Shown here in pieces: positions 27,501-35,543 of a stretch of 64,000 bases of DNA (positions within the stretch are counted from its first letter, which is position 1; every line of letters starts with the position of its first letter). The DNA is from Phoronis australis (Eukaryota > Animalia > Phoronida), in contig NMRA01000050.1 in NCBI GenBank assembly GCA_002633005.1, positions 513,353 to 577,352 on the forward strand, read 5' to 3'. A program made the translations under genes and the position numbers. The notes beneath the pieces are model-generated. The model saw only the letters and a program-made list of their open reading frames with translations, had not been told where the DNA came from and ran no database searches.

Positions 27501-30500
27501 CTCAAAAACTCAAGTTAACCTATCGATGATTGTGAGACAGCAACGCATCAGTAGGCAAGTTTTCGCCCTGGGATTTCAGCACATTTTTTTAAAAAAGATC
27601 GTAATTTAACAACAAAATTTGATAGCATTGCACCAAAGTTTTGTAGGAAGCCTGTCGTAAGTTACAGATACGTCACAGTGCATATTAAAATTTGATGAAT
27701 CCTAACTTCCGATGTCATCCGTTTTGGAGACCAGGTTTCAACTGCTTATTAGGGCGAATGCAGTAGCCTATAAGATGGTGACATCAACGTACGAAAAAAT
27801 GATTTTTATTGACCGTGGCAGCAAGGTTGTGGTGACAGACACAAACAGCCAGGTGACAGAACTTCGCACTGGGCGAGTAGATTTTCTGGCTCGCTCACCC
27901 AGCTGGCGAGCAGGGTTTTGAAACATAGGTATATCCCTGTTTCAGAATTAAATGACATAACAAAACGTATATAAGTCAGGCGACATAATAGATCAGTGAA
28001 TTAAACACAAAGGCATTGTAATGAACTTGGCATACACATGCAATGCAACAGGTTGGATCTCTCATATAAAAATTGTGTTAAAATTATCAATCAGTTTTGT
28101 CTCAGATATTGGTGCTCGTGTTGAGCTTATTTCAGATATCTCACAAGGACATTCAAAAACTAGGTTTTAAGTAAAACTTTTACAACTGTTTTTGAGTCTT
28201 TACTGGTGATTTACAAAGAACCTCGAGGAAATTTTCTTGGCAGCAGATCAGAAATCCCCTGCACATTTTTCTGAAGGTATTGAGTTTCAAAACACAAAAC
28301 ATCATAGTATTAGTATCCTTGCAACTGAAGGTAATTGACATATTTCAGGATGTCCATCGACAAAAGGCTGTGTGATTGGAGTCAAGCCAGAATGTCCACC
28401 TGTAAGTATTAATTGGAAGCGTTTTGGTAAGGCTGACAAAAACTTTTTAAACACAGTTTGAAGTTTGCATTTTTGTTTCGACGGGATTTCCATTTAATGT
28501 GAGAATGGCCTTATATACGAGTCTGGCTTTTTATTCGGGCCTGGTAAATATTTTCATGGATTTTTTAGCGAGCCAATATTTTATTGACTTTGATTGTACT
28601 TATCTTTTAATATCCCAGGTCATGGACTAAATTTTGAGGTTGAGAGCTCTCAAAATGCATTATTTTGCTCATAAAATGCCATAGCCTTATAAATCAAGCT
28701 TTGCGGTAGATAAATTAATCATTGGTAGGTCTACCAAGGGGACAGTACGAAGCCCAAGTATCATCTTCTTATGAATTAGCATCCGTGAGAGTGGACGAGA
28801 CAGTGTGGCTCAGTGGTTAGAGCTCCAGACTCCCACTTGGGAGACCTTGGTTCAAATCCTGGCTTCACTGGTTGACATTCGGGCATGGCACAAAGGTGTT
28901 ACCTGTTCCTCTAAGCTTGGTCTAACTTGTGAACGTGTGCAAGGGAGTCAATGAGAACTTGGATATAATGCGAAAGCAGTTTCTGGGGCTGTGCTCTTAA
29001 CAAAAGCATCCATGACAGATTGTAATAGTAATGTCAATAAGGAAAGGTTAGAGGAATTTTATTCTAAGCTTTACAATTGATGTAAACAGTGACATACTTG
29101 ACCTGTCTAGGGTCTTGTATAGCTTGAGTGTAGATGAACGGCTTAGCTCTTCTTTATTTCTTCAAATAAGTAGTACTGTTGTTTTTGGTGAAGCAAAGCA
29201 TAGTTGATATTCCTCAATATTATCTATGGATAACCATCTGATGTAAGTTGTTACCTTCAATTTAGTGGACATCCCAGAAGTTCATGGAATTGAATGAAAA
29301 GCTTGATGCTTATGAGATGTCTTGCAAGGTCAAAGCTCTGAGACTAAGTATTATGCAATATTCAGTACAAAATCAATATATGGAAATTAACCATTTCAGG
29401 GCCTGGAACCAACTGTCGAGAAAGAGCAAAAGTGTGGCTGTATCTCTTATCATAAACCTTGCAGTAAGTATATGTGTGCTTTTGTTGATTAGACTTCTGT
29501 TGGGCTATTTTTAGTCATGTGGGGATATGAACAATAAGTATTTGGCACTGTCATAATGTCATAAGGTAAATCAGTCCTGTAAATTGTAAAATGTTTTGTG
29601 TATGTTATACTTACAACAATTCTCAGTTTTAACCTAGCCTAGTAAACATTTTGAAACCAGTTGGAAAGTGATCTAAATCATTCGTAAGTTAGTTTTAAAT
29701 GAGGAGGAAAGGTGTACAAGTTGAAGATATGCTACATATTTCTAACTACTTTTAGCATAAAATGCAAGTGATGAATTTTAACATTTTTAATGTGACAATT
29801 ACCATCATCATTAAACACCATAACAATCACATGAAAAGAACTTCTTTAAATCTTGAAACTGTGTGAAATTTATCCGTGTGCGAGACGACGCCTCTCAACA
29901 ACCATGTGGGACTTTACACGGTTACAACATCTACATCTTTGAGACAAAGAGCAATGCTTTAGCAGTATCCGAACCAAGTCTCATTCTTATGATCTTTCAA
30001 CCATACCTACTAGTATATGAACGTGCGCTTTTAGTTCCCCATTTTAAAGCATCACTGCTTTAAATAATCAATCAACGGTAAAATTTCACCAATTTAGGAC
30101 ACAATATGGCCACCAGATGAAATTTTATTTTCTAACTTATTTCACAAGTACACTTTACCACATTAATATTTTACCATGTTCGGGTTTTGTATGGTTTTTA
30201 CCATCACTCACTGAGAGGCAATTTTGGCAATTATTTTTGTCCCAAATTGGTGATCATTTACTGTACTTCAGCTGAATACACTAAGGAAACTCTATCAGGT
30301 GTAACAACAACATTGGACATGCCTTTGTGTGACATTTACTGGACTACTTATGAGCAACACAATACTTTCTCTACCAATACAAATTGAAGTACAGCACTCG
30401 ACACCAACTCACATTTGGGGACTCGGCAAAAATCCCAGGTCGCCAAAACTGACGTCGAAATCATAGAGGTCGTGCTGTACTCCGTTCTCAAAAAGTTATG

Positions 30501-33500
30501 AATACCTCAGTCTTCACTTTCTCCCTGTAAAAAGTATGCACCATAACCTTTTACTCAATTCCTCCTGCCAACGAGGAATGCAGATTATTGATCACGTACA
30601 CTGGAGGCGCATCTTTCCGATCTTAAACCATCTTTGCCAAACAATTCTGACTTCCATATCTTAGTTCCTGTAATTTTAGAGCATTTTATGTGTGCTGACT
30701 GCTGAGGGTGGCAAATGCACTGATTTCACGAAATAAACGGAAAAATTGTGAACCAACTAAAGGTGTTAAATCTAGGAAAACTTAGTAGTTTAAAGTTTGG
30801 AAGTCACCACATATGTTGAAACAAATTTTGGGAGAGCCATCTGTAAATTGATGCATTTCCCTGTCACAGGGACTAATTGTTTTACTAATCAAAATTACTT
30901 CTTTTTCCAGGACCGCCACCTGGTGTCTGCGTGTATAACAGTGCCACTCAAGGACAACGATTCTACAATGTGAGTAATACATAACTTGTGTTAGTTGATA
31001 ACAGTCTTGCCATGTTATCCACCATTCACTTAGCTGGTGACCAGTGTATTGCACTTGTTTGCTTGTCGCTTTTCAAGCATTTCATAATTTTGTTAGCAAA
31101 TTTCTCCTGGAAATTTTTTGTTAGTAACAGCCTGTGATGTGAGTGCAATTCTTGTCTGCGTAGTTATGTGTTATGTTGCTCCATTTATTCCACGGGACAA
31201 AGACTTATCTGTCATTGACATCCTGATGTGTGAGGTGTATGGTTTACCTAACAGTTGTTCATTGTCTTGCTTGCAGGCTTCAGACATTTGGCAAGATGGT
31301 CCATGTATCTCTTGTCAATGCGTCCCCAGCGCAATAGAGGGTGAGCATGAGGTGAAGTGTACTGTACAGCAGTGCCCCATAAAGGGTCAGGTGAGTGTGA
31401 TAGTGGTCTCACAATTTGTCAACTCAAGCAGTTTGAATAAGAGTTGTGGACAATTTGGCCTGGTATTAACTACAGCAAGCTGCCGTAGGATTGGGTAATG
31501 CTCTGAGTGATGAGATATAGAAAAACATTGACTTAATTAGCAACCTTTTATGAAATGGGTTGAGGTTTAAGAGAGCCAGCATAAAGATGACAACTAATCA
31601 ACACTGATGAATAATGGGATAACAAGTTAACTGAGGTCACTTCGAAAAAATGGTAGAAGGAAGACAACTTTTGTCCAACATTGAATCAACTTTTAAATCA
31701 GTAAATACTTGTTCTAGCCTACGCGCTGTTATAATTTGCAGGAATATGATTACGTCAACGTCACCACCACAGAGTGTTGTCGACCAATGATTAAAACGAG
31801 ATGCTTGGCAGACATTAATGGAGAGATGAAATTATTCAAGGTAAGCACGCCTGTCGCGCCATAACATGATTCACTGTTACAGTGACACCATTGTTGATTT
31901 TGTGTGACACCCATTTTGTAAAGTTAAATATGACTTGATTCGTGAAAATTTTGAGGGACAAGATTCAGAAACTCTTAGTCTACATAACTGCACATTATTT
32001 GATTTTGATGACATAATTTTAGATGTGATTTTGAGGCTTACATTAAGTTTTTGTCAATATTCTTTGTATAAATGGTATAAGAAATATGCAACCCATTCAA
32101 ACTGTTTTTGGGACAATTTCATTACTTGTATGCAACAACCATGATTTTTCAAGGTGCATGTGAATATACATGACGTTTTGCAATTCCTTTTTTTCTTTAA
32201 TATTTCGAAAAATGTAAATATAATTTTTATTTTTATTTTGCCGCATCCTTGTACACTAGCTTGCCCAAGAGACACAACCAGGGGTAATACTGGGTCACAG
32301 ACTTTCGGTTGTTTTCACAAAGCTCTTGTCTCCCTACAGGCTGGTGAATCATGGGAGATACCTACACAGCCATGCACCAGGTACATGTGTGTCATGGAAG
32401 GTGGCACGGGTGCCAGGATAGAAGTGACCAAGGACACATGCTCAACCCCTGCACCTACTCTACCAACACCAACATCAGGTAACCCGGAGTCTATTTGATT
32501 TACAGCAGCACTTTAATGACTCAGTTTACAGCAAACCAATGTTTTTAACCATGCTATGAACATTCCCACTAAATAAGATTGGTTCTAACCCCAGTGGTTA
32601 AGGTAAACGGCGGGGTATGGAAAATTGAACTAGACCGTATTTATCCACCTTGGCTGAGTCGCGCTCGGCTCACGATCAAAGGGATGCTGCCAAGCTGCTC
32701 TAGTCATCGAGTCACGAGCGAGGATAATTGGCTTCGCTCATGCGGATATGATCAGCTGATTANNNNNNNNNNNNNNNNNNNNNNNNNNNNNNNNNNNNNN
32801 NNNNNNNNNNNNNNNNNNNNNNNNNNNNNNNNNNNNNNNNNNNNNNNNNNNNNNNNNNNNNNNNNNNNNNNNNNNNNNNNNNNNNNNNNNNNNNNNNNNN
32901 NNNNNNNNNNNNNNNNNNNNNNNNNNNNNNNNNNNNNNNNNNNNNNNNNNNNNNNNNNNNNNNNNNNNNNNNNNNNNNNNNNNNNNNNNNNNNNNNNNNN
33001 NNNNNNNNNNNNNNNNNNNNNNNNNNNNNNNNNNNNNNNNNNNNNNNNNNNNNNNNNNNNNNNNNNNNNNNNNNNNNNNNNNNNNNNNNNNNNNNNNNNN
33101 NNNNNNNNNNNNNNNNNNNNNNNNNNNNNNNNNNNNNNNNNNNNNNNNNNNNNNNNNNNNNNNNNNNNNNNNNNNNNNNNNNNNNNNNNNNNNNNNNNNN
33201 NNNNNNNNNNNNNNNNNNNNNNNNNNNNNNNNNNNNNNNNNNNNNNNNNNNNNNNNNNNNNNNNNNNNNNNNNNNNNNNNNNNNNNNNNNNNNNNNNNNN
33301 NNNNNNNNNNNNNNNNNNNNNNNNNNNNNNNNNNNNNNNNNNNNNNNNNNNNNNNNNNNNNNNNNNNNNNNNNNNNNNNNNNNNNNNNNNNNNNNNNNNN
33401 NNNNNNNNNNNNNNNNNNNNNNNNNNNNNNNNNNNNNNNNNNNNNNNNNNNNNNNNNNNNNNNNNNNNNNNNNNNNNNNNNNNNNNNNNNNNNNNNNNNN

Positions 33501-35262
33501 CGTAAATTTGATGAATCCTAGCTTCCGATTTTACCCGTTTGGGAAACCGGGTTTCAACTGCCGTAGGCTCACTACAATAAGCGTCCCCTCCCCGTGAAGT
33601 GAATTTTTCTAAGCGTTTGTTTGAGCCAATACAGTATACAGCTTTCCACCAAGGCTAGGTGATGCAAGACATTATTCTTTGTTGCATTATAGTAACTGGT
33701 CTTGGCTAATTATCATTTTATGGCCTGGTCATCCATTCAGCCAAAAGTAGTTCCAGAGGTGGCTTATCAGCCAATTATTCACGCATGCTGACTCACAATA
33801 GAAGCCTGATAAGAGTGAAGGTGGATAAATGCGGTGTTCCTACAGTTTCTTGTTTTAGTGGATGTGTTCACCACATGCTTTTCTCCAATCTGAAAACCTG
33901 AAAGCCACTGCTTTTGTTGGTGGTAGTGAATGGTTATTTTTAATTCGTGCATTCTCAGTCTGCCATCAATGGCCTATGCTAGCATTGACAATTTCGCTGG
34001 GTGGGGGCTTTACTACCAGGTATTGGAATTTCAACATGCTGTACCCATTTTTTATCATCAGCTGCATAAGCAGCATTGCCATTACTATCAATAGCACCCA
34101 GTTGGCAAGAACTGAGAAATATAAATACCTGGGTGTTGTGATTGATAATAATTTATCATGGGCCGAACATGTTGAGTATGCGCCTGTGCAAAAAAGTTTC
34201 TCAGCAGATTGGGCTTTTGTACAGAGTCAGGAGCTATGTTGATCAGGCTACTCTTCAGACTATGTATAGGAGTTTAATTGTACCACACTTTGATTACTGT
34301 GATGTTGTATGGGGTAACTGTGCATCATACCTTCAGGATAGACTTCAAAAAATTACAAAAGAAGGCTGGGAGGCTGATACTCAACTATAGTCGCCTTTAT
34401 AACGACTTTCCTAATTCTGACCTCGATACACGTTGTTGGTACAGCCTGGTTAAAAGGCGTGCATTTCATTTAAACTTTATGGTGTACTAATTCACACATA
34501 GCCTCACACCTAATTACCTCACTACTACATTCAAACTAGTCAGAGATTCTCACAGTTACAATGCTAGAGCAAGTGTTTTTGGCTGCCTGGTGCCAGATTA
34601 ACCTAAAAACAACTGTGGCAACAAAACTTTTGCCTACAGAAGTGCTGTTGCTTACAACGGGCTGGGGACTGCCGTCGTGAACGTGCCCAATGTCCACGTC
34701 TTCAAACAGAATTACTGGGACTTTGTGCGTGGTTCGGGACTGTTGGCCTCAGCTCATTATTTTATTTCATTTATTAATCTTTTCAATCTAAGTGTACATA
34801 GCTCTTTGTATTTACTTCGTGTAATTCTTTCCGACTAGAACCACTGGAAAATCAGTGTATTCATTGAAGTAGTCACCCAGTCTTTTAAAGAGATTAAATA
34901 AATATTAAAAACCTAAACCATTCGTTTTTGTTTCAGTGTCACGACAGTGTGAAACGTGTAAGGCTGTGTTAACCTTTGGCAACCCTCAGGACACAGTCGG
35001 CTACTTCAATGTGGACATTGATGGCAAAGGCAAATGCAGGAACGAAGAAGTAATTGATGACTTGAAAGAGTGTGCTGGCTTCTGTGACTCCAGGACGATG
35101 TATTCACCACAGATGTTGTTCAAGAACAACTGCAACTGTTGCCAGCCAAAGAAGACAGAGTCTAGACGGATCAAGCTGAAGTGCACCAATGGGGAGACAC
35201 ATTTCCGCGACTTCCTTATGCCAATAGTTTGTGGCTGTGGCTCCTGCCTGGGTGGAAACTAA
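291..35262 (+). CDS. 3' portion of a hemolectin/hemocytin-like gel-forming mucin (VWF family) locus, 33 coding exons, 5' end upstream of the window; two alternative/paralogous C-terminal modules
   Basis: All exons have AG/GT boundaries and join in frame without stops; domain order WxxW, PTS, VWC-like, LDL-A, PTS, VWD-C8-TIL x2, VWC, CTCK resembles insect hemocytin/hemolectin (recalled, not searched). Confidence 0.85.
974..1170. repeat. 49-bp minisatellite, 4 copies
   Basis: tgattgcagtgcactctcactggcaatagtactgtctactgtgtgacca at 974, 1023, 1072, 1121. Confidence 0.95.
1244..1831. mobile_element. piggyBac-type MITE
   Basis: TTAA|CCCTTATCCTGC ... GCAGGATAAGGG|TTAA: 12-bp TIR and TTAA TSD, no coding capacity. 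Confidence 0.85.
2011..2237 (+). CDS. exon: short PTS repeat (SSISPSPT x2) plus Cys-rich TIL-like segment
   Basis: ctttgcag acceptor, gtaatt donor; CPKEGCPQGQACDGVKCVDRSECPC. Confidence 0.88.
2271..2405. repeat. 39-bp minisatellite, ~3.5 copies
   Basis: cagacattgactgctccatgtcaagtatactctcatac-type unit repeated. Confidence 0.85.
3139..3234 (+). CDS. exon: VWC-like segment (missed by ORF track)
   Basis: tctttcag / gtgagt; PGMFSTNDECKTCTCFNGKPRCLPKVCPRCKN. Confidence 0.9.
3694..3856 (+). CDS. exon: LDL-receptor class A repeat (missed by ORF track); phase-1 donor is the probable branch point
   Basis: ttttag / gtaagt; CPPEEFMCGTGECIPMSLRCDNIFDCDTDEENC. Confidence 0.92.
5519..5796. repeat. 31-bp minisatellite, ~9 copies
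   Basis: tatatggagtaatagccctcactagcactgt repeated. Confidence 0.95.
5894..6031 (+). CDS. exon A1: PTS (mucin-like)
   Basis: catctag / gtacgt; TRTPNMTVTVPTKGPTMSSSRTPPLTGSSITTIPPTPTPTVSTTY; phase 1-1. Confidence 0.8.
5894..12028 (+). CDS. C-terminal module A (8 exons: PTS, PTS, Cys-rich/VWC x5, CTCK), ~523 aa, no VWD
   Basis: Exons 5894-6031, 6834-6926, 7159-7368, 7750-7949, 8338-8457, 9706-9927, 10806-11076, 11712-12028 splice in frame. Confidence 0.88.
6347..6820. repeat. ~43-50-bp degenerate minisatellite interrupted by a SINE
   Basis: cttgaaagtatcctgccat.atattcattgat..caaactaca unit at ~6347, 6643, 6691, 6734, 6781. Confidence 0.8.
6397..6639 (-). mobile_element. tRNA-derived SINE with 10-bp TSD
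   Basis: minus strand ggcagtgtggcctggttgataag (A box) ... ggttcgagttcc (B box); flanked by acacttgaaa at 6387-6396 and 6640-6649. Confidence 0.75.
6834..6926 (+). CDS. exon A2: PTS
   Basis: ttttttcccaacag / gtatgt; SPVSIDDTQTGKTPVISTITPTTVSPTKRP. Confidence 0.82.
7159..7368 (+). CDS. exon A3: Cys-rich (VWC-like)
   Basis: ttttgcag / gtatgt; CANVTCP..GCCQQLIWECKPEQC..ECCPTFEC. Confidence 0.9.
7750..7949 (+). CDS. exon A4: Cys-rich
   Basis: ttgcag / gtgaga; CPTCKPAPVPVCPTG..CGCEEYKECKPERNTCFYN. Confidence 0.9.
8338..8457 (+). CDS. exon A5: VWC (missed by ORF track)
   Basis: atttcag / gtgagt; PGDVWNDGNCRACKCELNKLGLDDLYESKCLDTTC. Confidence 0.9.
9706..9927 (+). CDS. exon A6: VWC
   Basis: tttccag / gtgagt; QCCKQ..C..EGDEWSNPNKPCETYKCV. 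Confidence 0.9.
10444..10695. mobile_element. Harbinger-like MITE
   Basis: imperfect TIRs gggacatgttccaagaaactggctta / taagtcagttttcttagaacaggaccc. Confidence 0.55.
10806..11076 (+). CDS. exon A7: VWC
   Basis: ttcccag / gtaatt; TCCGTCEPVACVFEGKVYSVG..TCIRLKC..DCCKQC. Confidence 0.9.
11712..12028 (+). CDS. terminal exon A8: C-terminal cystine knot (CTCK)
   Basis: tttctag acceptor; CRGSC..CNCCQP..C..CGCGPC, stop TAG. Confidence 0.93.
12282..12540 (+). terminator. polyadenylation signals of module A
   Basis: AATAAA at 12282-12287 and 12535-12540, each followed by U/GU-rich sequence. Confidence 0.6.
14057..14826. mobile_element. Harbinger-like MITE containing a tandem array
   Basis: imperfect TIRs ggatctgtttctagaaagtgacttaaggca / tgtctcaagtcactttttatgaaatgggcc. 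Confidence 0.5.
14116..14672. repeat. 55-bp minisatellite, 10 copies
   Basis: aactgttgagtaaagacttagctaagtgtgtatgagcacatcacaatatagatat at 55-bp period; contains 12-bp palindrome acttagctaagt. Confidence 0.97.
15059..15238 (+). CDS. exon B1: PTS
   Basis: ttttttgcctgtag / gtattg; MLVPSTIATISPTNRNLTT..SPTMTPSLPSEQTTTMVMPTMSAST; phase 1-1. Confidence 0.8.
15059..35262 (+). CDS. C-terminal module B (21 exons: PTS x2, VWD-C8-TIL, VWD(GDPH)-C8-TIL, Cys-rich/VWC, CTCK), ~1098 aa
   Basis: All 21 exons splice in frame with GT-AG; first exon has a phase-1 acceptor and no signal peptide. Confidence 0.88.
15731..15811 (+). CDS. exon B2: PTS (missed by ORF track)
   Basis: catttacag / gtaagt; ITKPQDTIGTTYTKKLSTPTPTTVVT. 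Confidence 0.78.
16088..16210 (+). CDS. exon B3: VWD N-terminus
   Basis: tttgcag / gtaagt; CSVHGNSFKTFDGKHYNYEICKHTLV. Confidence 0.9.
16740..16888 (+). CDS. exon B4: VWD
   Basis: tttctag / gtcagt; C..CSRSLEIVVDG..VQVNG. Confidence 0.85.
17172..17291 (+). CDS. exon B5: VWD (missed by ORF track)
   Basis: ttcacag / gtatgt; LSTSLAPTFKLKSVGDENIVEIPQFNMVIHWTKSYDVDVK. Confidence 0.85.
17801..18009 (+). CDS. exon B6: VWD C-terminus
   Basis: tttag / gtgagt; NGLCGTLTGTPTDDL..FGDGW. Confidence 0.92.
18752..18954 (+). CDS. exon B7: C8 domain
   Basis: ttctag / gtaagt; FSQCHKLLPVDDYMDVCVEDLCEC..CKC..FSRSC..DW. Confidence 0.92.
19297..19479 (+). CDS. exon B8: TIL domain
   Basis: ttgcag / gtaagt; CPPDQVWNECGGSCPRTC..CVPGCQCRPG..CVPIDQC. 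Confidence 0.93.
20086..20309 (+). CDS. exon B9: second VWD N-terminus with GDPH motif
   Basis: tccag / gtaggg; [27 protein letters not shown]. Confidence 0.94.
20589..20787 (+). CDS. exon B10: VWD
   Basis: cttcag / gtaagt; ends YYGITEGLCG. Confidence 0.92.
20938..21434. mobile_element. MITE with long imperfect TIRs
   Basis: aaggggtgaatcaacaattggttggacttcaaa ... tttgaagtctaaccaattgttgattccccctt. Confidence 0.75.
21661..21841 (+). CDS. exon B11: VWD C-terminus
   Basis: ttggcag / gtaatg; GNCNNNKTDDL..FGMSW. Confidence 0.9.
22383..22561 (+). CDS. exon B12: C8 domain (missed by ORF track)
   Basis: ctccag / gtaagt; FKECHPLINPLSYYDSCVFDSGC..CESFTAYARACAMVGVCLTWRSEDMC. Confidence 0.92.
22734..22940 (+). 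CDS. exon B13: TIL domain
   Basis: ttccag / gtaagt; CGANMEFNQCGPSCTKTC..DGCFCKPG..C. Confidence 0.92.
23213..25333. mobile_element. non-autonomous Tc1/mariner (pogo-like) DNA transposon, 2.1 kb
   Basis: TA|CCGTAAATGTTTGGGTTAAC ... GTTAACCCAAACGTTTACGG|TA; TA TSD; many subterminal TAA(C/G)CGCCCA motifs. Confidence 0.85.
25941..26144 (+). CDS. exon B14: Cys-rich, paralogous to A3
   Basis: cctcag / gtaagt; CPPCP..GCCDKYEVVCVPSKC..QCCPVFEC. Confidence 0.9.
26313..27939. mobile_element. hAT-like non-autonomous element with 5-bp TSD, containing a nested pogo-like fragment
   Basis: TIR CAGGGATATAC ... GTATATCCCTG; TTTCA on both flanks; subterminal GGCGAG motifs. Confidence 0.75.
26890..27185 (-). 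pseudogene. degenerate HIRAN-like domain (transposon cargo)
   Basis: IRVFYEYKVI*IPVEGEDL / NPCGKYAASVLKGQTIVGHVPPKISKTLAFFLKHCG..GLEIP; stop and frameshift. Confidence 0.6.
28349..28401 (+). CDS. exon B15 (53-bp micro-exon)
   Basis: atttcag / gtaagt; CPSTKGCVIGVKPECPP; phase 1-0. Confidence 0.8.
28797..28870 (+). mobile_element. tRNA-derived SINE head
   Basis: gtggctcagtggttagagc (A box) ... ggttcaaatcc (B box); acceptor stem does not pair. Confidence 0.65.
29400..29463 (+). CDS. exon B16 (64-bp micro-exon)
   Basis: atttcag / gtaagt; GLEPTVEKEQKCGCISYHKPC; phase 0-1. Confidence 0.82.
30076..30265. mobile_element. small mariner-type MITE
   Basis: acggtaaaatttcaccaatttaggac ... gtcccaaattggtgatcatttactgta imperfect TIRs. 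Confidence 0.5.
30911..30969 (+). CDS. exon B17 (59-bp micro-exon)
   Basis: tttttccag / gtgagt; PPPGVCVYNSATQGQRFYN; phase 1-0. Confidence 0.82.
31277..31390 (+). CDS. exon B18: VWC, paralogous to A5
   Basis: ttgcag / gtgagt; ASDIWQDGPCISCQC..VKCTVQQC. Confidence 0.9.
31742..31840 (+). CDS. exon B19 (missed by ORF track), paralogous to 5' half of A6
   Basis: tttgcag / gtaagc; EYDYVNVTTTECCRPMIKTRCLADINGEMKLFK. Confidence 0.88.
32340..32478 (+). CDS. exon B20, paralogous to 3' half of A6
   Basis: cctacag / gtaacc; AGESWEIPTQPCTRYMCV..CSTPAPTLPTPTS. Confidence 0.88.
32763..33500. other. assembly gap (N run)
   Basis: 738 N; right flank 33504-33560 matches 27688-27743 (same pogo-like family). 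Confidence 0.99.
34071..34903 (+). mobile_element. 5'-truncated CR1/L2-group LINE (RT C-terminus plus 3' UTR)
   Basis: KYKYLGVVIDNNLSWAEHV; KKVSQQIGLLYRVR; YRSLIVPHFDYCDVVWG; RRAFHL; frameshifts; ends ttaaataaat. Confidence 0.85.
34937..35262 (+). CDS. terminal exon B21: second CTCK
   Basis: tttcag acceptor, phase 1; CAGFC..CNCCQP..C..CGCGSC, stop TAA. Confidence 0.93.
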
Positions 35263-35537
35263 ATAACATGTCTGGACGTTGTGAATGAGAATGGACAGAG
35301 TTCTTTAATTTGTAATCGTTTGTGTAGCTCAGTGCTTTGTGAATCTTTATGGTGTATTTTCAATGGTCAATGTTGAGAAATGACCAGACGTTCAGTTGAG
35401 GTTACAACTTGTTTATTGCTCTTCGTACAATATATAGACAATACCACCACAGTACTTTGAATATTCAATAACTTACAATTTCAGGTGGTGGGAGTTATAA
35501 CTATTTTTTCTACAATTTTATACATATTAGAACTGGT

Positions 35538-35543
35538 AATAAA
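35538..35543 (+). terminator. polyadenylation signal of module B
   Basis: AATAAA ~275 bp after stop. Confidence 0.55.

Noticed and set aside
28797-28870. tRNA gene (also 6560-6639 minus)
   Set aside because: A/B boxes are present but the cloverleaf/acceptor stem is broken; SINE heads
32579-33505. 308-aa ORF
   Set aside because: Artefact of translating the N gap
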